Shown: in pieces, positions 35,558 to 44,800 of the stretch
Position numbering within the stretch: position 1 is the first letter of the stretch
Layout of the letters: every line of letters begins with the position of its first letter
DNA from: Candidatus Stahliibacteriota bacterium
GTDB lineage: Bacteria; Hydrothermota; Tepidihabitantia; SM23-42
Assembly (NCBI GenBank): GCA_030609135.1
Contig: JAUWCU010000003.1
Span: 55-64,054, forward strand
Direction of reading: 5' to 3'
DNA: 64,000 nt
The notes under the pieces: model-generated
Told to the model about the DNA's origin: nothing
Seen by the model: only the letters and a program-made list of their open reading frames with translations
Databases searched by the model: none
Translations under genes and position numbers: made by a program

Positions 35558-36373
35558 ATGAAGTTATATTATGCCAACTCCACATTGGACAATGCTCAAG
35601 TTATCATCCTTGGTCTTGGTTATGATAGAACTTCATCATTTATCCCTGGTTCGCGATTTGGACCCGAGTTTATAAGATTATGTTCTAATAATATTGAGGA
35701 ATATTCACCATATCAAGATAAGAGTCTTTGTAATGTGAACATATGTGATTGCGGGGAGGTAGAGTTTGACACAAAAGATTGGGTCTTAAAAGCGCGTACC
35801 GCAGTCAAAGAATACATAGATGAACAGAAATATCTCATTGCACTCGGCGGAGAGCATACGATTACCTTACCGATTACTCAAGTCCTAAAAGAGAAATATG
35901 AAAATTTTTCACTGGTTCATTTTGATGCTCACTGTGATCTACGCGATGAGTATCTTGAGCAGAAAATCTGCCACGCTACAGTGATGCGCCGGGTGAGCGA
36001 TATTATTGGGCTTGATAATCTATACCAGTTTGGTATTCGTTCAGGAACCCAGGAGGAATTTAGTTTTGGCAAGAACCTGTACAAATTCGATCTTTTTAAA
36101 CCTTTATCTTCAGTAATAAACAATATCAAAGAACCTATTTATCTATCAATAGATGTGGATGTTTTGGACCCGGGAGTATTACCGGCAGTTTCCACACCTG
36201 AACCAGGCGGGGTTTCATATCAGGAGTTTATTAAAGCACTGCTATTATTTAAAGACAAGAAAATACTTGGAGCTGATATTGTTGAATACAACCCTTTCGC
36301 TGCCTCACCATATGCGTCAGGCTCCACTGTCGCTGAGATACTGCGGGAGCTCATTCTGGTCGGAACTCCCTGA
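35558..36373 (+). CDS. speB: agmatinase (arginase/ureohydrolase family)
   Basis: GGEHTIT, DAHCDL and SIDVDVLDP Mn-binding signatures of the arginase family, and a length typical of SpeB. Confidence 0.75.
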   Translation: MKLYYANSTLDNAQVIILGLGYDRTSSFIPGSRFGPEFIRLCSNNIEEYSPYQDKSLCNVNICDCGEVEFDTKDWVLKARTAVKEYIDEQKYLIALGGEHTITLPITQVLKEKYENFSLVHFDAHCDLRDEYLEQKICHATVMRRVSDIIGLDNLYQFGIRSGTQEEFSFGKNLYKFDLFKPLSSVINNIKEPIYLSIDVDVLDPGVLPAVSTPEPGGVSYQEFIKALLLFKDKKILGADIVEYNPFAASPYASGSTVAEILRELILVGTP

Positions 36374-36387
36374 TCCAGGTAAGTTTA

Positions 36388-37064
36388 TAGTATTCGTAGT
36401 GGTCGAGTTCACTCGACAAACATCCTTGCACGCCACGGTATTTGTGCAGAGCAAGCTCTGCCACTACATGTGTTCTTGATTCGTTCCAGTATCCAACCCA
36501 AACCCTTTTTCCATACTCACAGTTATAGTCGCTCGATTCATCGAGCCAATCTAATGGAGCGTCTGATAAATCAGACAACTACAAAGATTAATCAAATTGT
36601 TACATCATATCATTGTAGTTGCTCGATTCATCGAGCCAATTTACGCGGAAAGCCCCTCAGACTAGCATAATTACTGTTTCTCTCACCTTGTTCGAGACAG
36701 GCGAGCGAAGTCGAGAACCACCCTTTGCATTTTTCGCCGCCCAATTCATCCCGCTTCGTATTGTAATTCTATAAATAGAATTGCGGGATTTATCGGGCCA
36801 ATTTACGCGGAAGTATGTAGTCGCTCGATTCATCGAGCCAATCTAATGGAGCGTCTGATAAATCAGACAACTACAGCGCAGCGTATCTTCAGTGAAACGT
36901 GTCTCCAGCGTAGCGTGTCTTCAACAGAGTGTGTTCTCCATTTCTCCCATACTCCTTTTGTCGATCAAACGCGTGAGGGCATAGTATTTGTAGTGGTCGA
37001 GTTTACTCGACAAACATCCCTGCACGCTACGGTATTTGTGCAGAGCAAGCTCTGCCACTACATG
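36388..37064. repeat. BIME-like array of at least seven REP-type units in a 790-bp intergenic region
   Basis: Order: D (36388-36478), TATAGTCG-type C (36515-36600), C (36610-36650), the ctctcaccttgttcgagacaggcgagcgaagtcgagaacc unit (36676-36720, also at 34085-34140), A reversed (36748-36797), C (36815-36885), D (36961-37062). Four track ORFs here are spurious. Confidence 0.75.
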
Positions 37065-37120
37065 TGTTCGGAATTCCTAATTACCAAATTACTCGGTTAC
37101 ACAACTATAAAAGGCTCGTA

Positions 37121-37148
37121 TTGACACCGCCCATACCGTGCTTATAAT
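37121..37148 (+). promoter_or_regulatory. sigma70-type promoter TTGACA-16-TATAAT with a 17-nt leader containing AAGGAGG
   Basis: TTGACA at 37121-37126, TATAAT at 37143-37148, ATG at 37166. Confidence 0.5.
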
Positions 37149-37165
37149 TATCGTAAGGAGGAACA

Positions 37166-39016
37166 ATGACACTAATAATATTGTTTTTAGCAGGTCAATC
37201 ATTTTTTAACATTGAGAACAAGCAAGTATTCTATCCTGAACCAGTTAGAGCTGAATCAACGCACTCGTATGATGTACTGCACTATTTCATAGATCTGAAC
37301 CTTCCAATGACTTCCCGCTATCTTGAAGGCGCGGTTACGATTTCAGCCCGGAGTAATCAGGATAATTTGACGATTCTTGACCTCCACCTTTTAGGCTTGA
37401 GTGTTGATTCTTTAAAAGTCGATGGAGTTACTGCATCTTACTCCCACAATTACGAGACTTTATATGTGAATCTGCCTCAAGTCTATAATCAGGGTGATTC
37501 CTTTGATATAATGGTGGGATATAGTGGCACGGCTTCGGGCAGCATGGGTTATCTCAGGTATACCAGCACCCACCCCATTTCATATACCCTGGGTTGTCCA
37601 TTCTGCACAAGAAGATGGCTACCCTGTTATGACCGATTATGGGACAAGGCTGATTATGGTGTCGAGTTTTTTATAACTGTACCGGATTCCTATTATGTCT
37701 GCGCTACCGGAGAATTAATTGACGTAGATACTACGGCAGGTTATGCAACATTCAATTGGAAACATAATTATCCTATCGCTCCTTATCTTATTCACTTTGC
37801 TTCAAGCATCTTTACCACATATTCAGATTGGTATTATCCAGCGGCAGGAGATAGCATTGAGATTAAAAATCATTTCTGGCCTGAGGATATGATTTATGCC
37901 CCGACCGCGTTTCAATATACCACAGACATGATGTCTTATTATGATTCGCTTTATGGCGCTTATCCTTTTGAACGCTATGGTATGGTAATACTTCAGCCAT
38001 TCTATTATGCGGGCATGGAACATCAAACCATGAGCTCGATATATCGTACAGGTTTTGTTGGTAATGATTATTACCTGATGGCGCATGAGATGTCGCATAT
38101 GTGGTGGGGTGATATGGTAACGTGTTTTGGTTGGCAGAATGTCTGGCTGAACGAGGGTTTTGCAACATATTCTGATGCCCTGTACCGTGAACACCATGTT
38201 AATCATCAGCTTTTCATTAATACCATGATCTCCCGCCGCAATGCATACTTCAGCTCAGAAGCGTCGTTTCCACATCCGATCTATGACCCGCCGGCAAATC
38301 ATATTTTTAATTGGGGTCATTCTTATTGCAAGGGTTCATGGCTCTGTCATATGATCAGATATTTGTGCGGTGATGATAATACCTGGTTAAACCTGCTTGC
38401 CACATACCGTGATTCATTCGCATATCAAGATGCCTCAAGCGATGATTTGAACCGGATAATGGACCAGGTACTCGGAGGAAATTATGATTGGTTCTTTAAT
38501 GAATGGGTGTATGATCTTTACTATCCAATCTATGATATCGTGTGGGTAAAAATCTATGAATCGCCGAACTGGCGTTTGATTTTGGACATCACTCAAACTC
38601 AACCCATGGGCCCTTCGGTTTTTCATATGCCATTGCCAATCGGCGTAGATTTCTCAAGCGGTGATACAATATTAACGCTCGACATAAATCAATCCCCACA
38701 ACACTTTGAGTATGTATTGCTACAAGAGCCAATGGACATTATCGTTGATCCAGAAACCTGGGTAATTCAAAAAAATACTGTGACCCAGGGTATTGCAGAA
38801 TATGTTGCTCCCGGTATATTTATTGAGAACATCAACACGATCGGTCGGGCAATCGAGCTCAAGCTTACTCAACCCGGTTTAATTCGAATTTTTGATATTA
38901 CAGGCAGAAAGGTCTATGAAACACATGCTCAGGAGGTTAAATATCAACCTTCAAGCGCGGGTATCTACCACGTAATAATCGGTGACAAGAAACAGCGAGT
39001 AGTCGTTGTAAAATAA
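37166..39016 (+). CDS. M1-family zinc aminopeptidase with a C-terminal T9SS (Por) sorting domain
   Basis: HEMSHMWWG...NEGFATY is the gluzincin HExxH-x18-E motif. The C-terminus LIRIFDITGRKVYE...AGIYHVIIGDKKQRVVVVK matches the T9SS CTD pattern. Confidence 0.75.
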   Translation: MTLIILFLAGQSFFNIENKQVFYPEPVRAESTHSYDVLHYFIDLNLPMTSRYLEGAVTISARSNQDNLTILDLHLLGLSVDSLKVDGVTASYSHNYETLYVNLPQVYNQGDSFDIMVGYSGTASGSMGYLRYTSTHPISYTLGCPFCTRRWLPCYDRLWDKADYGVEFFITVPDSYYVCATGELIDVDTTAGYATFNWKHNYPIAPYLIHFASSIFTTYSDWYYPAAGDSIEIKNHFWPEDMIYAPTAFQYTTDMMSYYDSLYGAYPFERYGMVILQPFYYAGMEHQTMSSIYRTGFVGNDYYLMAHEMSHMWWGDMVTCFGWQNVWLNEGFATYSDALYREHHVNHQLFINTMISRRNAYFSSEASFPHPIYDPPANHIFNWGHSYCKGSWLCHMIRYLCGDDNTWLNLLATYRDSFAYQDASSDDLNRIMDQVLGGNYDWFFNEWVYDLYYPIYDIVWVKIYESPNWRLILDITQTQPMGPSVFHMPLPIGVDFSSGDTILTLDINQSPQHFEYVLLQEPMDIIVDPETWVIQKNTVTQGIAEYVAPGIFIENINTIGRAIELKLTQPGLIRIFDITGRKVYETHAQEVKYQPSSAGIYHVIIGDKKQRVVVVK

Positions 39017-39047
39017 GTCTGCTGTCATTGCGTAAGTATTTAATAAT

Positions 39048-39180
39048 TGTAGTGGTCGAGTTTACTCGACAAATATCCTTCACGCTGCTTTTGCCCAACT
39101 GTAGTTGCCTCTGCCTGAGGCAGACAGGCCTGCCTGTGCGTCGCACGCAGACAGGTGATTTATCAGGCTGCATCAATCCG
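39048..39180. repeat. inverted composite REP element (partial D unit, B hairpin and the A-junction GTGATTTATCAGG)
   Basis: Reverse complement of the 32225-32345 architecture. The GCCTCTGCCTGAGGCAGACAGG hairpin equals B-type units at 2656-2683 and 32296-32346. Confidence 0.6.
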
Positions 39181-39382
39181 CCATCTTATGTCATTGTGAA
39201 GGCGAAGTCCGAAGCAATCTCCAAAAAAGAGATCGCTTCGTTCACACTCGCGATGACAGGAAAAAAATGTTACTGCGAGCGGAATCGAGAACCTTCAGCA
39301 GTAGTATAATATTGTTCTCTCCGTTGCTCCGATACTCCCTTTCACCGTTTCTCCCATTCTCCTGTTCTTGCCCGTTATCACG

Positions 39383-39410
39383 TTGACATATAGCCCTTTC
39401 TCGCTATAAT
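39383..39410 (+). promoter_or_regulatory. sigma70-type promoter TTGACA-16-TATAAT, 5 nt upstream of a GTG start
   Basis: TTGACA at 39383-39388, TATAAT at 39405-39410. Confidence 0.45.
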
Positions 39411-39415
39411 ATATA

Positions 39416-40618
39416 GTGTCTCAGCAACTAAATATCTTGGTCACCGGCGCCGCCGGCTTTATCGGCTGGAAAGTCTGCGAACTCCTCCTCACCAAACCAG
39501 AGCTAATTCCGAGTGACATAATGACCAATGACTCAATGACTGTTTCTGTTATTGGCATCGACAACCTCAACGACTACTACGACATCCGCCTCAAACAATG
39601 GCGTCTTGAGCAATTAAAGAAGTTAAATAGTCATTGCCAGGAACCTTCCTCTTCCGTCATTGCGAGGAATCCCGAGTTTGTCGAGGGAGACGAAGCAATC
39701 TCACCCAATCGATTCATGTTTCACAAACTCGACATCGAAGACTACGCATCTCTTAAGAAATTGTTCCAAAAATACTCTGTTCATTCAAAAAGTACCGCAC
39801 AAAGTGCTCATAACCGCCCCGACACTTTGAATAAAAGTGTGGGGGCCAAAACCGCATCTTTGATGCCAGAACCGCCGTTTACGGCAGTGATCAATCTCGC
39901 TGCTCGTGCTGGTGTTCGCTACAGTTTGGAAAACCCGTTTGTATATTATACGACAAATGTCATCGGTACTTTAAACCTTCTCGAACTGTGTCGTGAATTT
40001 GGTGTGAAAAAATTCATCCTTGCATCTACTTCATCACTATATGCCGGACAGAAAATGCCTTTTAAAGAGGAGTTACCGGTGAATGAACCCATATCGCCTT
40101 ACGCAGCATCAAAAAAGAGTGCTGAAGTTACCTGTTATACATATCACAATTTGTATGATATCGATGTGACGATTTTAAGGTATTTCACTGTGTATGGACC
40201 AGCATCCAGACCTGATATGAGTCCCTTGCGTTTCATATCCTGGGTATATCAGGAAAAACCTGTTATCATATATGGAGATGGTACCCAGTCACGAGATTTT
40301 ACCTATGTCGATGACATCGCCCGCGGCACAATAATGGCATTAAAACCTTTGGGTTTTGATATAATAAACCTTGGCTGTGATCAACCCCATGAATTGCTCG
40401 AATTTCTTCACATGATTGAGGAGAAGCTGGGCAAGAAAGCAAAGATTGTCAATGAACCCATGCATCCTGCAGACATGAAAGCAACCTGGGCAGATATCAC
40501 TAAAGCTAAGAAAATACTCGGCTGGCAGCCTTCAGTAAGATTGGAACAGGGGCTCGATACTGCGGTTGTTTGGTTCACAAAAAACCGTACCTGGCTTGCT
40601 GATATCAAGCTCTCTTGA
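39416..40618 (+). CDS. NAD-dependent nucleotide-sugar epimerase (UDP-glucuronate 4-epimerase / CapI-like SDR) with two lineage-specific insertions, one derived from a repeat element
   Basis: N-terminal ILVTGAAGFIG and the catalytic YAASK motif. Compared with the CapI-like core there are extra segments SSVIARNPEFVEGDEAIS and VHSKSTAQSAHNRPDTLNKSVGAKTASLMPEPP. The start is uncertain (GTG at 39416, or the TTG three codons downstream). Confidence 0.7.
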   Translation: MSQQLNILVTGAAGFIGWKVCELLLTKPELIPSDIMTNDSMTVSVIGIDNLNDYYDIRLKQWRLEQLKKLNSHCQEPSSSVIARNPEFVEGDEAISPNRFMFHKLDIEDYASLKKLFQKYSVHSKSTAQSAHNRPDTLNKSVGAKTASLMPEPPFTAVINLAARAGVRYSLENPFVYYTTNVIGTLNLLELCREFGVKKFILASTSSLYAGQKMPFKEELPVNEPISPYAASKKSAEVTCYTYHNLYDIDVTILRYFTVYGPASRPDMSPLRFISWVYQEKPVIIYGDGTQSRDFTYVDDIARGTIMALKPLGFDIINLGCDQPHELLEFLHMIEEKLGKKAKIVNEPMHPADMKATWADITKAKKILGWQPSVRLEQGLDTAVVWFTKNRTWLADIKLS

Positions 40619-40645
40619 CTTTTTATTGAATGGAGGTTACTTAAT

Positions 40646-41566
40646 ATGAATCGTAGTGCAGTGTGTACATGCCCTATTTGCAAGGGTAATGACGTGATAT
40701 TGATGGGAAAACCACAGATCTCTCCTCAAGGTGTCGATATAATAAACAAAGAATATCAGGTCGTAAAGTGTAAAACATGTAACTTCTATTATGTTTATCC
40801 GCAGATTTCACTTAGTGCTGAAGTCTGGGAGAAACTTTATGCGGTTGAGTATTTTAGTAATAAGACATCATGGTGGATAAGAAAAAGAGATAAGGACTTA
40901 AAACAGCGTTTTGACTGGCTTCAAAAATATTGCAGGCATAATATACAAAATTTCCTTGATGTTGGTTGTGGCGAGGGATATACACTCTTAGAAGCTCTTA
41001 AAAGAGGCTGGAAAACATACGGTATTGATATCTCGGATAATAGAGTAGCCGAAGCAAATAATGAACATGTCATCTTTCACAAAAGTGATATATCCCAGAC
41101 TAACTTCCCAACAGACTTCTTCGATTGTATATATATGGATTCAGTGCTGGAACATCTAACAGATCCCTGCCGCCATCTACTTGAAATTAAACGAATACTC
41201 CGTAAAGGAGGAGTTTTGTATATTGGAGTACCGAATGAAGATTGTTTGTTCAACGAGGTCAAAAGGCTTCTCTTCATATTGATGGGTAAGCATAATTTCT
41301 CCGCTTACCTATATCCTTTCAAACGTCCGTACCATATTATTGGATTTACAAAAGACTCCCTACTTAAAATTTTACAAAAAAGTGGTTTTGACATTTTACG
41401 ATTTAGAAATTTTTCCGGTGAATATGAATACAGGAAATTCAAATTTTTTACTAAGCCGTTTTTGGTTAATTTTTTCCTGTTGCCTGTGCACTTAGTTGCC
41501 ATACCACTCAAAAAGAGGATATATCTGGATACAATAGTGACTAAGAGTCATTCATCACGGCAGTAG
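40646..41566 (+). CDS. class I SAM-dependent methyltransferase with an N-terminal zinc-ribbon
   Basis: CPICKG...CKTCNFYY ribbon, motif I LDVGCGEG and a post-I acidic residue (GIDISD). Confidence 0.7.
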   Translation: MNRSAVCTCPICKGNDVILMGKPQISPQGVDIINKEYQVVKCKTCNFYYVYPQISLSAEVWEKLYAVEYFSNKTSWWIRKRDKDLKQRFDWLQKYCRHNIQNFLDVGCGEGYTLLEALKRGWKTYGIDISDNRVAEANNEHVIFHKSDISQTNFPTDFFDCIYMDSVLEHLTDPCRHLLEIKRILRKGGVLYIGVPNEDCLFNEVKRLLFILMGKHNFSAYLYPFKRPYHIIGFTKDSLLKILQKSGFDILRFRNFSGEYEYRKFKFFTKPFLVNFFLLPVHLVAIPLKKRIYLDTIVTKSHSSRQ

Positions 41567-41678
41567 AATAATTAAGCTTTAAACCAGAATATAGAAAAGG
41601 TCATAAATCTGTATATAATCCTTTATCTAATTTGATTCACTATATAAAGGTCTTCTCCCTGATTCACACAATTCTTTT

Positions 41679-42578
41679 ATGCTGGCAACTAATCTTACCG
41701 TTCATATAGATTCTTCCTACATCCCTTGGCGAGTTCAAGCTGGAGAAGAACCACAGTATTTGTGGCGCTGGGCAATGGCATACGGTGAGTCATACTGGCG
41801 GAATTTTTATGCCTGCACCACCAAGGTGCAATGCCTGCGGAATTATGCAGACACAACTTATGACGACACCTATTTTGATGGTGTCTTTGTTGACAATTTG
41901 CTCCACTTCGTTGATGGTTTGAGTTATGGTTACAACATTTATCCTGCACAATATCGTCCTTATCCGGATACCAATAACTTTGCACAATGGGATGCAAACT
42001 TACGTGCGGCAGTAGATACTTTTGTGCAAACAGTAAGCGCTGAATACCATAACCCTAACACACCTTCTGGTCATCCTTGCGAGGTTTTAGCAATAGGCAA
42101 TACAAACCGGGCACATTTGGTGGATGAATATGCTACTTTATGGAAAAATTTTCTGCAATATCTGGATGGCGCAGTGGAAGAATCTGATTTTGCGCGTGCT
42201 GATATAGAATTTGGTCGCTGGCAGAGAATGATTCATGAAATGGCGATTGCCGAATCATTGGGCAAGATATGCCTCATTCATGTGCCCTGTTCCACAGAAT
42301 TTTATAGTCCTAATGACCCTTTGAGTGTCTACTATTATGACTCAACTCAGATGATTTATGGTTTTGCAAGTTACTTGATGGCTTACGATTCTGTGAGTCA
42401 TTTCGCTTTAAATAAGAATCTTTCTCCCAATTATGCCCATATCTACTGGGCACCGATTTTTTCAATTTGTTCAATTTCTGAATTGGTGAATAGGCGGTTT
42501 CGGAATAGATATTTCGGCTTAAATGTTTCTGGAGATTTTCCCATAAAACAATTATACATATTTTTTGCGAGAACTTAA
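41679..42578 (+). pseudogene. N-terminally truncated paralog of the secreted GH114/TM1410-like hydrolase at 45127 (no signal peptide; starts mid-domain)
   Basis: Aligns to residues about 155-450 of the 45127 protein. It contains a 112-bp tract (41763-41874) that is 100% identical to 45647-45758 while the flanks are diverged. It ends at a TAA that is followed immediately by G9. Confidence 0.45.
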
Positions 42579-42587
42579 GGGGGGGGG
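42579..42587. repeat. poly-G homopolymer (G9)
   Basis: Nine consecutive G in a roughly 35%-GC region, directly after the stop codon of the truncated paralog and 72 bp upstream of the -35 of the SBBP gene promoter. Confidence 0.8.
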
Positions 42588-42658
42588 TAATATGAGGACC
42601 TTTTTATCGAAACAATTATCGGTAAAAATTTTAAGACCCCAAAAAGTGCATTCGCGTG

Positions 42659-42687
42659 TTGACAAAGACAAAACCAATGATTATAAT
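42659..42687 (+). promoter_or_regulatory. sigma70-type promoter TTGACA-17-TATAAT with a 70-nt leader and a GGAGG SD
   Basis: TTGACA at 42659-42664, TATAAT at 42682-42687, start ATG at 42759. Confidence 0.5.
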
Positions 42688-42758
42688 TATAATATGAATT
42701 TTGATACCACGAAGTTTTGGGGAAAATTAAATTATTACTAAAAAGACAAGGAGGAAAT

Positions 42759-43733
42759 ATGAAAAGAGTGGTCATTGGGATATGTGCAATAGTGATAGGG
42801 TTTATGCCCTTGTCCATCTATGGTTCTGAAATTGCAACTGTAACTTTGGAAACCTGGATGAATGCTTCCCAGGGTTTTGAACCAAACCTTGGTCAGATTG
42901 GCGATTTTGAAGGGAATGTGGTTAATAATATCTTGTGCGCTTTCAAGGGTAATGGACTTGGTATATTCATTAATGAAAAAGGGGTAAGTTATGTTATTTA
43001 TCAAGCGGAAAAAATCTTAAGAGATGAGTCCCAGAGAATTGATTTAAGAGAACCTGAAAAAAATCTTATCCACTATGCAAGGATTGATGTGGAGCTTGTG
43101 AATTCCAATTTTGAAAAGTCAAAAATCGTTTATGAAGATGAGCTACCCGGATATGCGCATTATTATTTGCCACAATGTCCTGATGGTATTCTTTATGTGA
43201 AAAGTTTCAGAAAGGTGCGGATTAAAGAGATATATCCGGGCGTTGACTGGATATGGAAATATGAAGATGGACGGTTGCATCATGAATTTGAGGTCAAACC
43301 TGCGTCTGATGTTTCAAAGATAAAGATGAAGGTTAAATGGGCTGATGTTGAGATAAGCGAAAATGGTAGAAAACTTATATATTCTACGCCACTTGGTAAG
43401 ATAAAAGATGGAAATATACTTGGTTATGAAAATCCGAAATCCAAAATCCGAAATCCGAGACCGATTGATATTTCTTATATAAAAAATGAAGATGGGATAA
43501 TTTCCTTTGAAATAAAGAATTATTCCGGTAAAAATCCTCTAATTATTGACCCACCCCTTGCACTATTATGGGGGACATATTACGGAGGCAATGATCCTGA
43601 TCGTGGCTATTCAATTACAACCGATAATTCAGGTAATATTTTTGTAACTGGGACCACTTATTCAACAGAATTTTCCCACACAAGACCCCGGTGGTGGTGC
43701 TTATTATCAAGGTACAAAAGCAGGATATTTTGA
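42759..43733 (+). CDS. SBBP-repeat beta-propeller surface protein, N-terminal part (signal peptide, unique 270-aa domain and the first repeat); reading frame breaks at the T4 run at 43677-43680
   Basis: Start at the internal Met [22 protein letters not shown], preceded by GGAGG. After TTYSTEF the frame yields SHTRPRWWC..., whereas the +1 frame continues the repeat consensus [14 protein letters not shown]. Deleting one T restores a single 770-aa ORF. Confidence 0.6.
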   Translation: MKRVVIGICAIVIGFMPLSIYGSEIATVTLETWMNASQGFEPNLGQIGDFEGNVVNNILCAFKGNGLGIFINEKGVSYVIYQAEKILRDESQRIDLREPEKNLIHYARIDVELVNSNFEKSKIVYEDELPGYAHYYLPQCPDGILYVKSFRKVRIKEIYPGVDWIWKYEDGRLHHEFEVKPASDVSKIKMKVKWADVEISENGRKLIYSTPLGKIKDGNILGYENPKSKIRNPRPIDISYIKNEDGIISFEIKNYSGKNPLIIDPPLALLWGTYYGGNDPDRGYSITTDNSGNIFVTGTTYSTEFSHTRPRWWCLLSRYKSRIF

Positions 43734-44800
43734 TGTATTTGTTTTAAAGTTTACAAATACAGGGGTTCGGCTTTGGGCGACATATTACGGAGGAAATGAC
43801 AGAGATGGGGGCGCTTCAATTATAACTGACAATTCAGGTAATGTTTTTGTAGGTGGAACCACCTATTCAACAGATTTTGCCACACAGGACCCTGGCGGTG
43901 GTGCTTATTATCAAGGAACATTTGCAGGTGTTGGTGATGCATTTATTTTGAAGTTTACAAATGTTGGTATTCGCCTCTGGGCAACATATTACGGCGGAAA
44001 TGATAGTGATATGGTGTGTTCGATTACCACTGATAATTCAGGTAATGTTTTTATAACTGGGTGGACTCTTTCAACAGATTTTCCCATACAGGACCCTGGC
44101 GGTGGTGCCTATTATCAGGGAGCAAATGCAGGTTATAGAGATGCATTTATTTTGAAGTTTACAAATACGGGTGTTCGTCAATGGGCAACGTATTACGGAG
44201 GAAATGCTGGTGATTGGTGCAATTCAATTACAGCGGATAGTTCAGGTAATGTTTTTATAGCCGGATACACCTATTCAACAAATTTCCCCACATATGACCC
44301 CGGGGGAGGTGCTTATTATCAGGAAACACTTGGAGGTGTTCATGATGCATTTATTTTGAAGTTTACAAATACCGGTGTTCGGCAAAGGGCGACATATTAC
44401 GGCGGAAATAATGAGGATATGTGTAATTCAGTTACAACTGATGCTTCAGGTAATATTTTTGTGACTGGATACACTTTTTCACCAGATTTTCCCACATATG
44501 ACCCCGGGGGAGGTGCTTATTATCAGGGAGCACTTGCAGGCGGATATGATGCATTTGTCTTGAAGTTTACAAATAGCGGTATTCGCCAATGGGCAACGTA
44601 TTACGGAGGAAATGATGTGGATTGTGGCTTTTCAATTAAAACCGATAATTCAGGTAATGTTTTTGTAACTGGACTAACTGTTTCAACAAATTTCCCAACA
44701 CAGGACCCTGGCGGTGGTGCTTATTATCAGGGGACACATGCAGGTGTTGGTGATGTATTTCTTTTGAAGTTTGAAACTTCACTGGGAATTGTAGAGGAAA
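43560..44800 (+). repeat. intragenic tandem DNA repeats (144-bp period, about 8 copies, high nucleotide identity) encoding the SBBP blades
   Basis: Recurrent strings include gcaacatattacggcggaaatga, ggtgcttattatcagg and gcatttattttgaagtttacaaata. Confidence 0.7.

Noticed and set aside
36153-37124. Four ORFs of 66-108 aa across the speB / M1-peptidase spacer
   Set aside because: They are entirely composed of REP-unit sequence, and the same peptide strings (FVVVEFTRQTSLHATVFVQSKLCHY) recur wherever the D element occurs, including at 39028-39309. These are translated repeats, not genes.
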